Assembly: GCA_002269645.1 (NCBI GenBank)
Contig: NIVC01004289.1
Coordinates: 1 to 51,609, forward strand
DNA length: 51,609 nt
From: Macrostomum lignano
Lineage: Eukaryota
Direction: 5' to 3'
In this document: one piece after another, positions 41,197 through 51,500 of the stretch
How positions within the stretch are numbered: the stretch's first letter is position 1
Layout of the letters: every line of letters starts with the position of its first letter
The notes under the pieces: model-generated
Told to the model about the DNA's origin: nothing
The model's input: the letters and a program-made list of their open reading frames with translations, nothing else
Databases searched by the model: none
Program-made: the position numbers and the translations under genes

Positions 41197-42465
41197 TGTT
41201 TGACTTACTTGACTTAGCTGCAGGCGGCGTCCGGCGGATGCAGCGAGGAGGCGGAGGAGACCGCCCATTTCGCTAGCCCCTGGCGACCAATGGCTTCCGA
41301 CGAAGCGATGTCGCTCAGGGGGACCCGTCGGTCTCGCCTGCAGCGCGGTCCTCCTCACCGGCGGTGGGGAAGAGATCAGCTCGTCCCGTGTCCCTGAGGT
41401 ACCGGGCGAGCGGCGGGATGCTCTCGGAAAGAACCGGGTTTGGCCCGAGGTAAGTGAGCCTGGCCCTGGTGAAAACCGGGCAGGGGCAGTGGCAGATAAA
41501 GTGCTCGGCGTTTTCACTGCCTGAGCGGCAGAAGGGGCACCGCTCCTCGGGTACTTGGCCCTGAATGAAGCTGTGGCGAGAGAAGCAGCCATGCCCGGAG
41601 AGGGCCATGCTGACTGCTCTGAGGGATCTGCGGTTGAGCCTGAGGAGGGCTCTACGCAGGAGAGGAGAGGGGAAGGGGACGGCCGCACGGGATTGCCTGC
41701 AATTCCAGGTGTCGCGCCACCTGCGGAGATGCTCGGAATCAGTCCAGCGCTTAACGCGGGAGTTGATCACTGAGGGGGATGGGGGCCCCCGGGCCCGGCC
41801 CCAGCAGCGCGCCGGCGGAGCCAGCAGGTCAGCGCGCTCGTGGCCGAGGAAACCAGCGTGGCCCAGGATCCATCTGAGCTCCACCTGGTTGCCTAGCGCC
41901 AGCCCGTTGAGCTGGGTGTTGCAGTCCAGGACAGATTTGGAGCTGGTGGTGCTGCGGCGGAGGGCCCGAAGGGCTGCTTGGCTTTCAGAGTGAAAAATAA
42001 ATTTCCGACCGCTGAGCTGCCTTCGGCGCAGCTCTGCCGCGCAGGAGCTGATAGCAAGCACCTCGCTCTGAAATACACTGGAGTTGAGCCCAGTGTGCTG
42101 GGAGTAGCTCCACACCGCTTCTCCCTTGAAGAAGGCGCAGCTCCGAAGCCTGAGAGACCATGCCTCATAGAGCCGTCAGTGTAACAGTGGACTTCAGAAT
42201 CGCTCCAGCTGTTACTCGCCTCGTGTCGAGGCTGAATAGTGACCTTATACTTTTGAAGAAGGGTGGCTGGGATCGAGTCCGTGAGAATGTTGAGCCCGCC
42301 AAACTCCTCGAGAGCCTTGAGGCAGAGGTCAGAGTGCGGGATAAGCGACCGCTTCTTAAAGGCCCGCACTTTCTTGAAGGCCACCCCAGCATCCAAAAGA
42401 CGCCGGGTGCTCTTCGCCGCCTCTCCTTTGACATAAATATCCAGAGGAAGGCAAAGGGAGTAGAG
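41197..42465 (-). mobile_element. 3-prime fragment of a LOA/R1-type LINE (RT thumb end, RNase H, zinc knuckle)
   Basis: CLPLDIYVKGEAA, CYTDGS, SVFQSEVLAI, SESQAAL, WILGHAGFLGHERADLLA, LSGHG, CPFC...ENAEHFICHCP; short (aagt/aagtc) tail at ~41197-41217. Confidence 0.88.
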
Positions 42466-42486
42466 GGTGGGGCGCCCATAGTCAAA

Positions 42487-42760
42487 ATGGACAATGGACA
42501 TCTGTGAAGGAGCTATAAGGCTCAAGTCCAGGAGTTTGAAGGACAAAAATTTATCGCTATTCACAAGTTTTACCGACACGGCAGCACGGCAAGTCTGAAG
42601 CCAGGCGTCCCAGGATTCAACCTGAATGTTTACCAATGGGAGAAATTGAAGTAGGTGAAACGCTCACTCGTGATTGCCGCACGCAACAACGAGCCCAAGG
42701 TCGTGAAACTCGGCTTTGATAAGTTTATGGAAGTGAAGGGCGGCATCATTTGGCCTTTAC
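42487..42760 (+). pseudogene. PC4/Sub1-like ssDNA-binding protein fragment (probably part of the Polinton)
   Basis: One frame: MDNGHL*RSYKAQVQEFEGQKFIAIHKFYRHGSTASLKPGVPGFNLNVYQWEKLK*VKRS..., matching the PC4 pattern V.EF.G...I.IR.YY....LKPG..G..L...QW..LK; stops at 42505 and 42652. Confidence 0.7.
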
Positions 42761-45143
42761 ATCTTGGACATGGCGGCGACCATCGGCTTGTGGTCCGTGA
42801 AAGCGGTGAACGCGCGGCCCTCCAGGAAATAGCGGAAGTGCCGGACCGCCAGGTACAGGGCGAGCAGCTCGCGGTCGAACGCGCTGTACTTCTGCTCGGA
42901 CGGGCACAGCTGCCGGCTGAAGAAGGCGAGCGGCTGCCAGGCGCTGCCAACCCGCTGCTCGAGCGCTGCCCCGACCGCGGTATCGGAGGCGTCGACGGTG
43001 AGGGCAATGGGCGCGTCTGGCCGCGGATGTGCCAGCATGGCGGCGGAGGCAAGCGCCCGCTTCGCTCCGTCGAAAGCGGCGGTCAGCTCGGGCGTCCACC
43101 GGACGAACTTCTCCTTGCCGGCCATGGCCGCATGGATGGGGCGCAGCAGCTGGGCGGCGCGCGGCACGAAGCGGTGGTAGAAATTCACCATGCCGGCGAA
43201 CTCCTGCAGGCCCTTGACGGTGGCTGGCGGTGCGAATCTGGCGATGGCGTCGACTTTGGCGGGCAGCGGCACGGCTCCCTGGGCGCTGATCCGGTGGCCG
43301 AGGAAGTCGATCTTGCTGCGGCCGAACTCGCACTTGGCCGGGTTGACGATAAGGCCGTTGTCCGTCAGGCGCTGGAAAAGCGTCCGCAGGTGCTCCAGGT
43401 GCTCTTGCGGGCTGTTGCTAGCGACCAGGAAGTCGTCGATGTAGGCGAAGACAAAGTCCAGGTCTTGGCAGACGGAGTCCACCAACCGCTGGAAGGCCTG
43501 GGCGGCGTTCTTGAGACCGAATGGCATTCGCAGGAACTCGGAAGAGGCCAAACGGGGTGGTGACGGCGGTCTTGGGCACGTCGGCTGCGGCCACGGGCAC
43601 CTGGTGGTAGCCACGAACCAGGTCGATCTTGGAGAAAACCGAGCAGCCGGCTAGGCGCACTGAGAAGTCCTGGATGTGCGGCACCGGGTAGCGGTCGGGC
43701 ACTGTGGCGTCGTTTAGCCGCCTGAAATCGCCGCAGGGCCGCCAGCCACCGGAGGCTTTTGGGACCATATGCAACGGCGAGGACCAAGGGCTGTTGGACC
43801 GGCGGCGAACGATGCCGAGCTGCTCCAGAAGCCGGAACTCCTCCTTGGCCAACGCCAGCTTGTCCGGCGGCAGGCGGCGAGGGCGGGCATGGACCGGCGG
43901 ACCCTGCGTCGGGATGTGGTGCTCCACCCCGTGTCGTGGCTCAGCCCGCTGGAAACTGGGCTCGGTGAGAGCGGGGAACTCGGCCAACAGCTGGCTGTAC
44001 GGGTCCGCAGCGGCGGCTGCGGCGAGTTGCAGTCCGGGCCCCGCGCCGTCCAGCAGGTGCACGCTGGCGAGCGAGCGGGCGTCCAGGAGGCGCCGGTGCG
44101 GCAGGTCCACCAGCAGGCCAGCAGGCCGTGGTGCCGCAGAAAGTCGGCGCCGATCAGCGGGCGGGAGACCTCGGCCAGAAGGAACGGCCAGGAGCAGCGC
44201 CGGATGCCGAGGTCCAACGTGAGCTGGCGGGTGCCGAAGGTTCGGATGAGGCTGCCGTTGGCTGCAAAAAGCGGCGGGCCTGGCGAGTGCAGGCGGGCGT
44301 CGGAACCGGCGACGGGGAAAATGCTGACCTCGGCGCCGGTGTCGACCAGGAAACGCCGGCCCGTCTGCACATCTGGGATGAGGAGCAGGCTGCTGCTGTT
44401 GCCGGCCGTCGAGCTGTTCACTGACGGCCGGCCTGCCCGTTTCCCTGGAAGCTGCACGGGAGTTCACAGCGGCGGGCCTTCGCACCGAAACGACGGTGAA
44501 AGAAACACAGGCCGTCGTCCGGGCGGTGCTGCTGGGCCGTCTCTGTCTGGCGCCCTTGCTAGCCGCAAAGACTGCCGGCTGGGCTTGCTGGGCCGGCTCT
44601 ACCGCCGGCTGCTGGACGGAGGCCGCCACCAGCTGCGGCCAGCTGGCCCAGAGCTTGTCTGCCTCCTGCGCTGCTGCCCAGGGGTCCGCGAAACTGACGG
44701 TTGTCATGGCCATGCGTACTTCCGGTGGCAGCTGCTGGCGGAACAGCTCCTCGAACAGCAGGCAGGGGCGGTGGTTCCCCAGCAGGGCGAGCATCTCGTC
44801 CATCAGCTCGGAAGGCCGCCGGTCGCCGAGGCCGGACATGCTGAGCAGGCGACTGGCCCGCTGCTGAGGAGTCAAATCGAAAGTGCTGTTGAGGCGCTCC
44901 TTTAGCTGAGCGTACTTGTTCGCCTCCGGAGGAGCCTCGAGCACATCGAGCAGGCGCTCTGCTGTCTGCTGGTCAAGAGCTGCGACCAGATGGGCGTACT
45001 TGGTCTCGTCCTGAGTGATGCCTCTCAGGGTAAACTGAGCTTCGGCCTGGATTAACCAGGCTCGAGGCTGGGCCGCCCAAAACGTGGGCAGCTTCAGGGA
45101 CACAGCAGAGTCCGGTTTGTTGGGCCATTGCACGAAATGGCTG

Positions 45144-45157
45144 CGTAGGGCTCACCA
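45144..45157 (-). promoter_or_regulatory. Primer binding site, tRNA-Trp type
   Basis: TGGTGAGCCCTACG, 1 nt after the LTR end; 12/14 match to the complement of the tRNA-Trp 3-prime end (TGGTGACCCCGACG), the primer typical of CsRn1 elements. Confidence 0.75.
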
Positions 45158-45158
45158 A

Positions 45159-45370
45159 TGAAGCGGCTTGCGAGTGGAAGCTTGAAAAGCAGCAAGCGAG
45201 CAAAAGCTATTGTGTATATTTGTTTAAGCATAGTCTTTATACTTGAGAGAATAGGGAGGTGTGAGTCAGAGCGAACTGGCTGGCTGGGCAAAACTCCCCA
45301 GCAGCCAGGCGTGCAGGGGCCTGTACACAGGCGGGCCCGCTCTCAACCGTGCACCAGTCTGGCCGCGACA
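45159..45370 (-). repeat. 5-prime LTR (212 bp)
   Basis: TGTCGCGG...CCGCTTCA ends (TG..CA with a short inverted repeat) directly upstream of the PBS. Confidence 0.8.
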
Positions 45371-45713
45371 AGGTACTGCTTACCTTGACTCCGGTTTGAG
45401 TCCTTGCGAGAGCAGAGCTGTTTCTTCCATCTAGTAAAATTCTGCATTGGCTGGGATTTGGAAACCAGGCTGTGAGTCAACTAATTGCAACTGGAGCTCC
45501 TTGTTGAGAACAGTTGGAATGAAAGCCGGCATTGAATGGGGCAACTACCTGTCAAAAATATTTAAGAAAACAATATTCTTCCCGATTCAACGAATCAGTC
45601 TTCTTCACAGCATTCGAGTTCAGCTCCGTGACATCTATGGTTGCCCACTGATTGCACAGACTCACAGCCCTGTTCTGCTCACAGTTCAGATTCGGGAGAA
45701 ACGCATTCAATGA
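45371..45713 (+). pseudogene. Polinton minor capsid (penton) protein, C-terminal part
   Basis: SSLLRTVG...IFKKTIFFPI...HSIRVQLRDIYGCPL...VLLTVQIREK resembles the recalled Polinton mCP C-terminus; 5-prime part cut by the Gypsy LTR. Confidence 0.65.
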
Positions 45714-46087
45714 ACTACCAGCAGCTGATCCAGCAATATTCGGGGGTTTGGACAGGACACGAAAAGCCTGCACTCTATGGCTGTGGGAGCTTCCCAGGGA
45801 TCATGACATACCAGCCTCCGCCAGCGGCTACATCATCATCATCACCCTCGACGCTTAGCAGCGTCAGGCGCAAAAGAAACACTGAAGCAAGTCCGAAACG
45901 ATTGAAGAAGAAGAAGCGCACCCGAAAGGCAACTGGTGGAAATCGCAATAAGAGGTCGAGCAAGGCTAGTGGGAAAAAGCTTAAGAATAGGAAGACAAAA
46001 ACAAAGAAGAATGCAGCAGGCGGAGGAAAGCGAAAGCGAAAAGTCAGCAAGAAAACTGTGAAACGCGTGCTCGACTCTCTGTCATAG
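45710..46087 (+). CDS. Basic K/R-rich putative core (DNA-condensing) protein, 125 aa
   Basis: Intact ORF starting in an ATGA overlap with the mCP stop; LYGCG near the N-terminus; very basic C-terminal half; ends 2 nt before the MCP ATG. Confidence 0.7.
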   Translation: MNYQQLIQQYSGVWTGHEKPALYGCGSFPGIMTYQPPPAATSSSSPSTLSSVRRKRNTEASPKRLKKKKRTRKATGGNRNKRSSKASGKKLKNRKTKTKKNAAGGGKRKRKVSKKTVKRVLDSLS

Positions 46088-46089
46088 AC

Positions 46090-47368
46090 ATGGCTTACGG
46101 ATTCAATCCCCGACTTGATGTACTTAAGACGCCCGTTCTACAAACCTGCATTGAAAAAGCTACTTATGTTGATATTCACCCAGTTAATTCCATTGCTGCA
46201 AATTCTCCCATTGAATTTGACTGCCACCAATCCGCCGATGAATACACTGATCTGCTTAATTCTTTTCTTTATATTCGCTGCCGCCTTGTGAGACTGGATG
46301 GGGGTTTGCTGAGGCAGGATGTTCGAGACGGAGATGGCATCATCACCGAGCGCAGAAACTGATGTGCACCCAGAAAATTTTGTTCTGTCTACAGCCTTCT
46401 CAGATGTAATTGTGAGCATTAACCAGCGAGTGGTGTCTGGTGGAGACCAGCTCTATCCCTACCATGCGTACTTCAAAGCTCTAATCAGCTCATCCGATGC
46501 CCAGCAACTAAAACTTTACCCTGCTGGCTTCCTGGAGCCGGACTCGGCAGCTGAAGAGCACACGGAGAGCCACAGGGAATCCCGATGGATGGAGTATGCG
46601 GGGCCGCTCTTCAGTGATGTTTTCCAGTGCCCAGTGTTTCTGCTAAGCAATCTGCACTTGCACATCAAACTGGTCCCCAGCGATGGGGCCTTTGCCATCA
46701 GAACCCGAATGCAAACAACGCGGCATACCGAATGGAATCTCTCACTGCATTTTGCAACTTCGCCAAGTCAAAGTGGTGCCTCACATCAGCCTGGCCATGA
46801 GCAGGGATTGACAAACCAAAATGCACTATATCCCATCGAGCGAACTGAAATGCAGAACTTCATCTTACCCCAGGGTATCCAGTCAAAAAACATTGAAGGA
46901 TTCACTCATGGAAAATTGCCGAAGTTCATCATGCTGGCCTTCGTGAGCCACTGAGCATTCAACGGTCATCATCACGCGAGTCCGTTCCAGTTCCAGAGCT
47001 TCAACCTCAGCCGGTTGGCTCTAAAGAAAGGTGGATAAACCGTGTGCCACGGCGCCTTTACACCTGAAAACAATTCCTTTGTAAGAGAATACTTGCACTA
47101 TCTGAAAAGCTGTCAATCTGCAAGCCTCACAAATTTGGTCCCGTGGATCCCCTACTAGCTCTTCTCCAACAACACCACGGTGTTTGCATTCGATCTCACA
47201 CCAGAGGGAGCGGCTCTGTGGTACGGACAGAAGGAGGGCAACTTGCGGCTGGAGATTCGCTTCCAACAGGCACTGAATGAAGCGGTGTCCCTGATTGCTA
47301 TGTGCCTGTATGACTCACTGCTTGAAGTCACCAAGCACCGGGAGCTTTTGCTGGACTATTCCTCTTAA
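46090..47368 (+). pseudogene. Polinton double-jelly-roll major capsid protein
   Basis: QTCIEKATYVDIHP..SPIEF, YTDLLNSFLYIRCRL, YPYHAYF, ALYPIER, LPKFIMLAFV, AFNG..SPFQFQSF, FAFDLTP, GNLRLEIRF; frameshift at ~46335 and premature stops. Confidence 0.88.
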
Positions 47369-47373
47369 CTGGC

Positions 47374-47884
47374 ACGGACGCAATTCAACTATTCAATCTC
47401 GCCAAAAAAATTTGCCTGGCCAAAAATTTCTCATAATTACTTTCATTTGCGCTATAAAAATTATCTGCCCTTGAATGTAAAAAGAAAATTTCGATCATCA
47501 ATTTCCCTTGAAAGCAAGTTTGTTTTTGTTCTAATACAGCACAATGGCTCATTTAGTCACTGGGTGGTGTGCTATGTTAGGCAAGGAAATTGCATTGAGA
47601 AGCTCAACTCCCTCGGCTGGGAACCTGAAATTTTATTTGTGGTTAATAATTTGTTTCGAGAGATTAAAACAACTGGCTTTTCGCTCCGAAGCAATATAAA
47701 CAGAATTCAATGTGCCAACTCAAATAAATGCGGAGTGTTTTGCATCTATTTTGCTTATCAAAAGTTTCTGTTTAATCGGTCATTTGAGGGGATTTTGAAG
47801 AGTTTTCACGATGTTGAAAAAAAATATTTGAATGATAGAATCTTACAGAGGTTTGAAGCCAACTTAAGAAAAAGATGTCCGTGA
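47374..47884 (+). pseudogene. Adenain-like cysteine protease (Polinton PRO)
   Basis: SHWV (His), LNSLG (FDSFG-like), IQCANSNKCGVFCIYF (Gln, Cys); N-terminus disrupted and start uncertain. Confidence 0.85.
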
Positions 47885-47913
47885 TTTTCTAGAACTATAT
47901 TTATGCATTAGAC

Positions 47914-48310
47914 ATGGCCGAAAAGCGAGTTTGCTACGATATCCGCCTCAGGCAGGGAAGCTGCATGATTGTCTGCGGGCCCACCAATGCAGGAAAAACA
48001 AACTTTGTCAAACACCTGATCCAGTACAGAGACGCCATGTTTAATGTGAAGCCTGGCAGAGTTCTGTGGTACTATGGGATCTCACAGGCAGGCCATGCAG
48101 AACTGAGCAGCCTAGGTGTGCAGCTGCGCCAGGGATTTCCAACCAACATCGAGGCAGCACTTAGGCCAATGACCTGGTTGTTTTCGATGACTTAATAGAG
48201 GAAACTTCAAATTCTGCTTCAATGCGAAATTTTTTCACAGGAATCGCACATCACTTGCCGTGCTTTTTGGTGATGCTGACTCAGAATATATTTTTCAAGG
48301 GAAAAGAGTT
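47914..48310 (+). pseudogene. A32/FtsK-type packaging ATPase, truncated
   Basis: Walker A GPTNAGKT; after a frameshift at ~48165, Walker B DLVVFDDL and LTQNIF; ends abruptly. Confidence 0.88.
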
Positions 48311-48311
48311 G

Positions 48312-51150
48312 AATAGTTGAATCTTGGCAGCACGGCGAGTTGACGCGAACCAGGACTTCAGTTTAGTGTTGAAAAGTGTGTACATAACAAGCTTTGAATC
48401 GTCCAGAACACATTGGCCGATGTTCGCCGGTCGAGGCGAACGGATGTCTTGCTTAGCTCAAAGATGCTCAAGTTTTCTTTGATGATGCTGAATGTCTTGA
48501 CGTTAGGCTTTGAAGCCAGAACTTGAGCTTGATGATCACTGTTACAGATTCTCACATCTCTCCTCTTCGAACGTTCTCCATAGTCTTTCCAAAAAGACTA
48601 TTGTTCTTGGTCTTGTAGTAGTTCTTTTCGATTTCTGTAGATGCTTTTGAACGCTTTTCGCTGTTGCTATCGATGTAGCTCTTGAACACTCGCTCTTATC
48701 GAAAGCTGATGGCTCGCCGGAACTTGCTTACGCGCATGCCTTGTTGAAGGTAGAACTTGAGCACTCTGCTATGAACAACATAGGCTTCTTTGTCTTGACA
48801 AGTGAGAAGCAGTTTTCGCGTTCCGTGGTACTTTTTACCTGGATTTAGCTGATGCCATAGCTGCTGCATATAGGCTGGAAAGTCTTCAAACTCAATAGTT
48901 CCCTTCTCTGGGGCCAGTGGCAGCTCCTCGGTCTTCTGGTGAATGCATTCTGTATATTGCAGATCGACTTCCATGAGATAGGCATGGGCACCATCATCTT
49001 GCATATTGAGAACAGTGCTTTCATCCCAACTTCGCAGCTCGTCTTGATCGACCCATCGAAATTCACTCACGGGTAGCGGCATAGAGAGAGCCTGACCATA
49101 TAGGTTGTTGACATCTAGCGGAAGTAAGTATCTGTGTTCCTCTTCCTCTTCATCTCCACCGCTCGCGGAGACCTGGTGTACATTGGTGAAAGTAATTCCT
49201 CCTCGGATGCCAGCCTCTACCATGCGGTACATGTCACCATCGACTAGAAGCTCCAAGCGATGTTTCGCACACTTAAGTGCCGATTCGAATGACAATTCTG
49301 GTGCCGTGATAAAGTGCACCGGATCCAAGCCGTCGTCAGCAAGACTCAATCTCCTGAATGATTCGAATGCATCTGCCAATTGGCGGATGTCTAATTCTAG
49401 GTAGGCCATCATGTACTGTCCAAGGTTACTGACCTGCAATTCATGCCACGCTCGCAGTGCATGCTGATAGTCTGCATCAGGACAAGGCGATTGCGTGAGC
49501 ACGTTGAAAAAGTTCTCTTGCGACGGCAGACTCGTAACAAGCAAATCGGCAGGTTTCTTCACAGCGTCGTAGGGAAAAATCCCCTTACTTAGCAGAATAG
49601 CATTAGAAAGTTTCGGATGGTGCACCTTCATCTCCAGCGTAAGAGGGCAACTTTCAGCCGTTAAAGTGCGCATCAAAGTTTCAAGACTACAACCCAGAAA
49701 ATTGAGTGAGTCTAAAAATTGGACGGTAAAATTGAGCGGACGCTTCTTGCCGAACGGTAAGGTGTACTCACCAACTGGAAATTCCGCCTTCAAGCAAAGG
49801 TACCGTTCACTGGTCTGGGGAATCACGCTCAACTTCCAGTGTGTCATCTTGAACAAAGCCGTCGAAAAAATCAGATGTAGGTCGTAGGATTTGAGGTTGT
49901 GGAAGTACACTGGCAAAAAGCGTCGCTTCAACTGAGCCTTGAGGTTGCATGCAGCACACGCAGCACGCGGAAAAGCCCAGTCAGATGATTGTGATCCCAC
50001 AGTTTTTCGGACGGACACGAAAAAGATTCGTCACAGTAGTAGCAACTCTGAGCTGTTTCGAACTTTCGGTTAGCTTCTTCATTGACAATCTTCTTTTGGT
50101 AGCTGTGTTCTCGGTTCCATTGAAAGATTTCCTTTGAAAGCGTCTCAAGGGATCTAAGGAATTGTTCGACACACAGTTCTGGATCGTCTTCTCTGAACAA
50201 TTGGAGGCTTTCATTCCTGCCTTTGAGATCAGGGCCTGCAGTATTTTCGCTTTGTACTAGCAGGTAGCCGACTGCAGCTGGAAGATGCTGGGAAAGCTTT
50301 TTGGTTCCGGCAGCGGCTCCGCGGACTTCATCATCAACATCAGCATTGAATGACTCCATATCAGCGTAGACTGTAAACGGCGGTGAAATAGTTTTCTGCC
50401 AGTTTTGGAAGTCAAGCAGTTGTTTTCCTCCGTTGGTAATACTTCTTTGACGGAAAGCTCGTCTGACTCGTAGCAGCTCTGCCGGTGCTCTTGCAGTCTC
50501 TCCTCTGACCTGAAAGCGGATAGACAGCGCTCGCCACTTGCGCTGGTGAAGTCCATCTTTGCTGTTGAGTAGACTATTCATGTTTACAATCGCACACCAG
50601 TGAGAGCTGCCAGAGTCGTCGTCAATGAGGTGAAGCAATGGCAGAAGGCGGCGCCCTACTGTGATGGCTGCTTCTGGTTGACGCAAAACTTCCACTTTAC
50701 CAGCACGCCAGGAAAGCACTGTGAAGCAGAAGTCAGGGTTCAAGTTCTCAATCTCGTCTAAAGCATAGATACTCACTGGCATGGTTATGCCATTCAAGCA
50801 AATTTCGTGAAGCCAAGGCCGGTAGGTTGCAAGCGCGTGCGGAGATTTTCGCAAACTTTCCTCTCCATGATGCAGCACTGCTAGACAGGCATACAGAAAC
50901 CAATTTTCACCTTCACTCGGTGGGTTGATTACGGCCTGCTTCTGCTTAAGACCTTCGGGAAGTACAAAGCTGCTGCTTCTACCAACATAGTAGCGCACGC
51001 GATCGCCACGGGAAATGCAGACATCAAAGAAGTTGATTCCACCTATGGTCCAACCACTGCCGTTCGTGTTCATGGACTCACAAGTCCTTTCGCAGGCTGC
51101 TAATTGCGACTTCCACCAATCTTCAAAATTCCGAATCTCTTCTAAGCAGC
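48312..51150 (-). pseudogene. Protein-primed family B DNA polymerase (pPolB) with Polinton-type N-terminal region
   Basis: NGSGW, VYADMES, DHNHLTG..CAACNL, FHNLKSYDLH, FLDSLNF, KGIFPYD, GIRGG, LDVNNLYG, KNNSLFGKTMEN; several frameshifts and a stop at 48696; cut just before the YxDTDS motif. Confidence 0.93.
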
Positions 51151-51214
51151 TGCGGGGTGCGGGCAATCGGCACGTCCTGCTCGACATCGGCGGGGCCGGA
51201 AAAATGGGGTGGGC

Positions 51215-51500
51215 GCTCTATAGCAAATCAATGGCTCGCACCTACTACTAACGTTGGTGCATTGCCCACGTTACAGAAGTTGAGGTTAGTGCTGCTGACA
51301 TAGGCCAGCAGCTCCTCGCCTCTGTTGTTGGTGTTCTTGCTGCCCCAATGGAGGTGGTGCGCGTTCACATCCCCTGAAATGAGCAGTTCGAACGGACGGG
51401 ACGCGGCGTAGTCAATAAGGTTAACTAGCGCGTCGCAAACTACTGGGGCATCGCCTTGGAAATAGGAAGATGCTGCCAGTACAGGTTTATTGGGAAGGAG
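51215..51500 (-). pseudogene. APE endonuclease fragment of a LOA/R1-type LINE
   Basis: Translation by hand (absent from the ORF track): VLAASSYFQGDAPVVCDALVNLIDYAASRPFELLISGDVNAHHLHWGSKNTNNRGEELLAYVSSTNLNFCNVGNAPT. Confidence 0.85.

Larger units (their letters stand above)
42765..45370 (-). mobile_element. Ty3/Gypsy CsRn1-clade LTR retrotransposon, truncated after RNase H
   Basis: gag LKLPTFW..QAEAQF and CHCC motif [18 protein letters not shown]; protease [10 protein letters not shown]; [16 protein letters not shown]; RNase H VDASD, FDRELLA, TDHKP; about 4 frameshifts; no integrase or second LTR. Confidence 0.93.

Noticed and set aside
42655-44905. Long + strand ORFs (302 aa, 378 aa) over the Gypsy element
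   Set aside because: They are antisense shadows of GC-rich pol coding sequence; only the first ~35 codons of 42655-43563 belong to the PC4-like frame.
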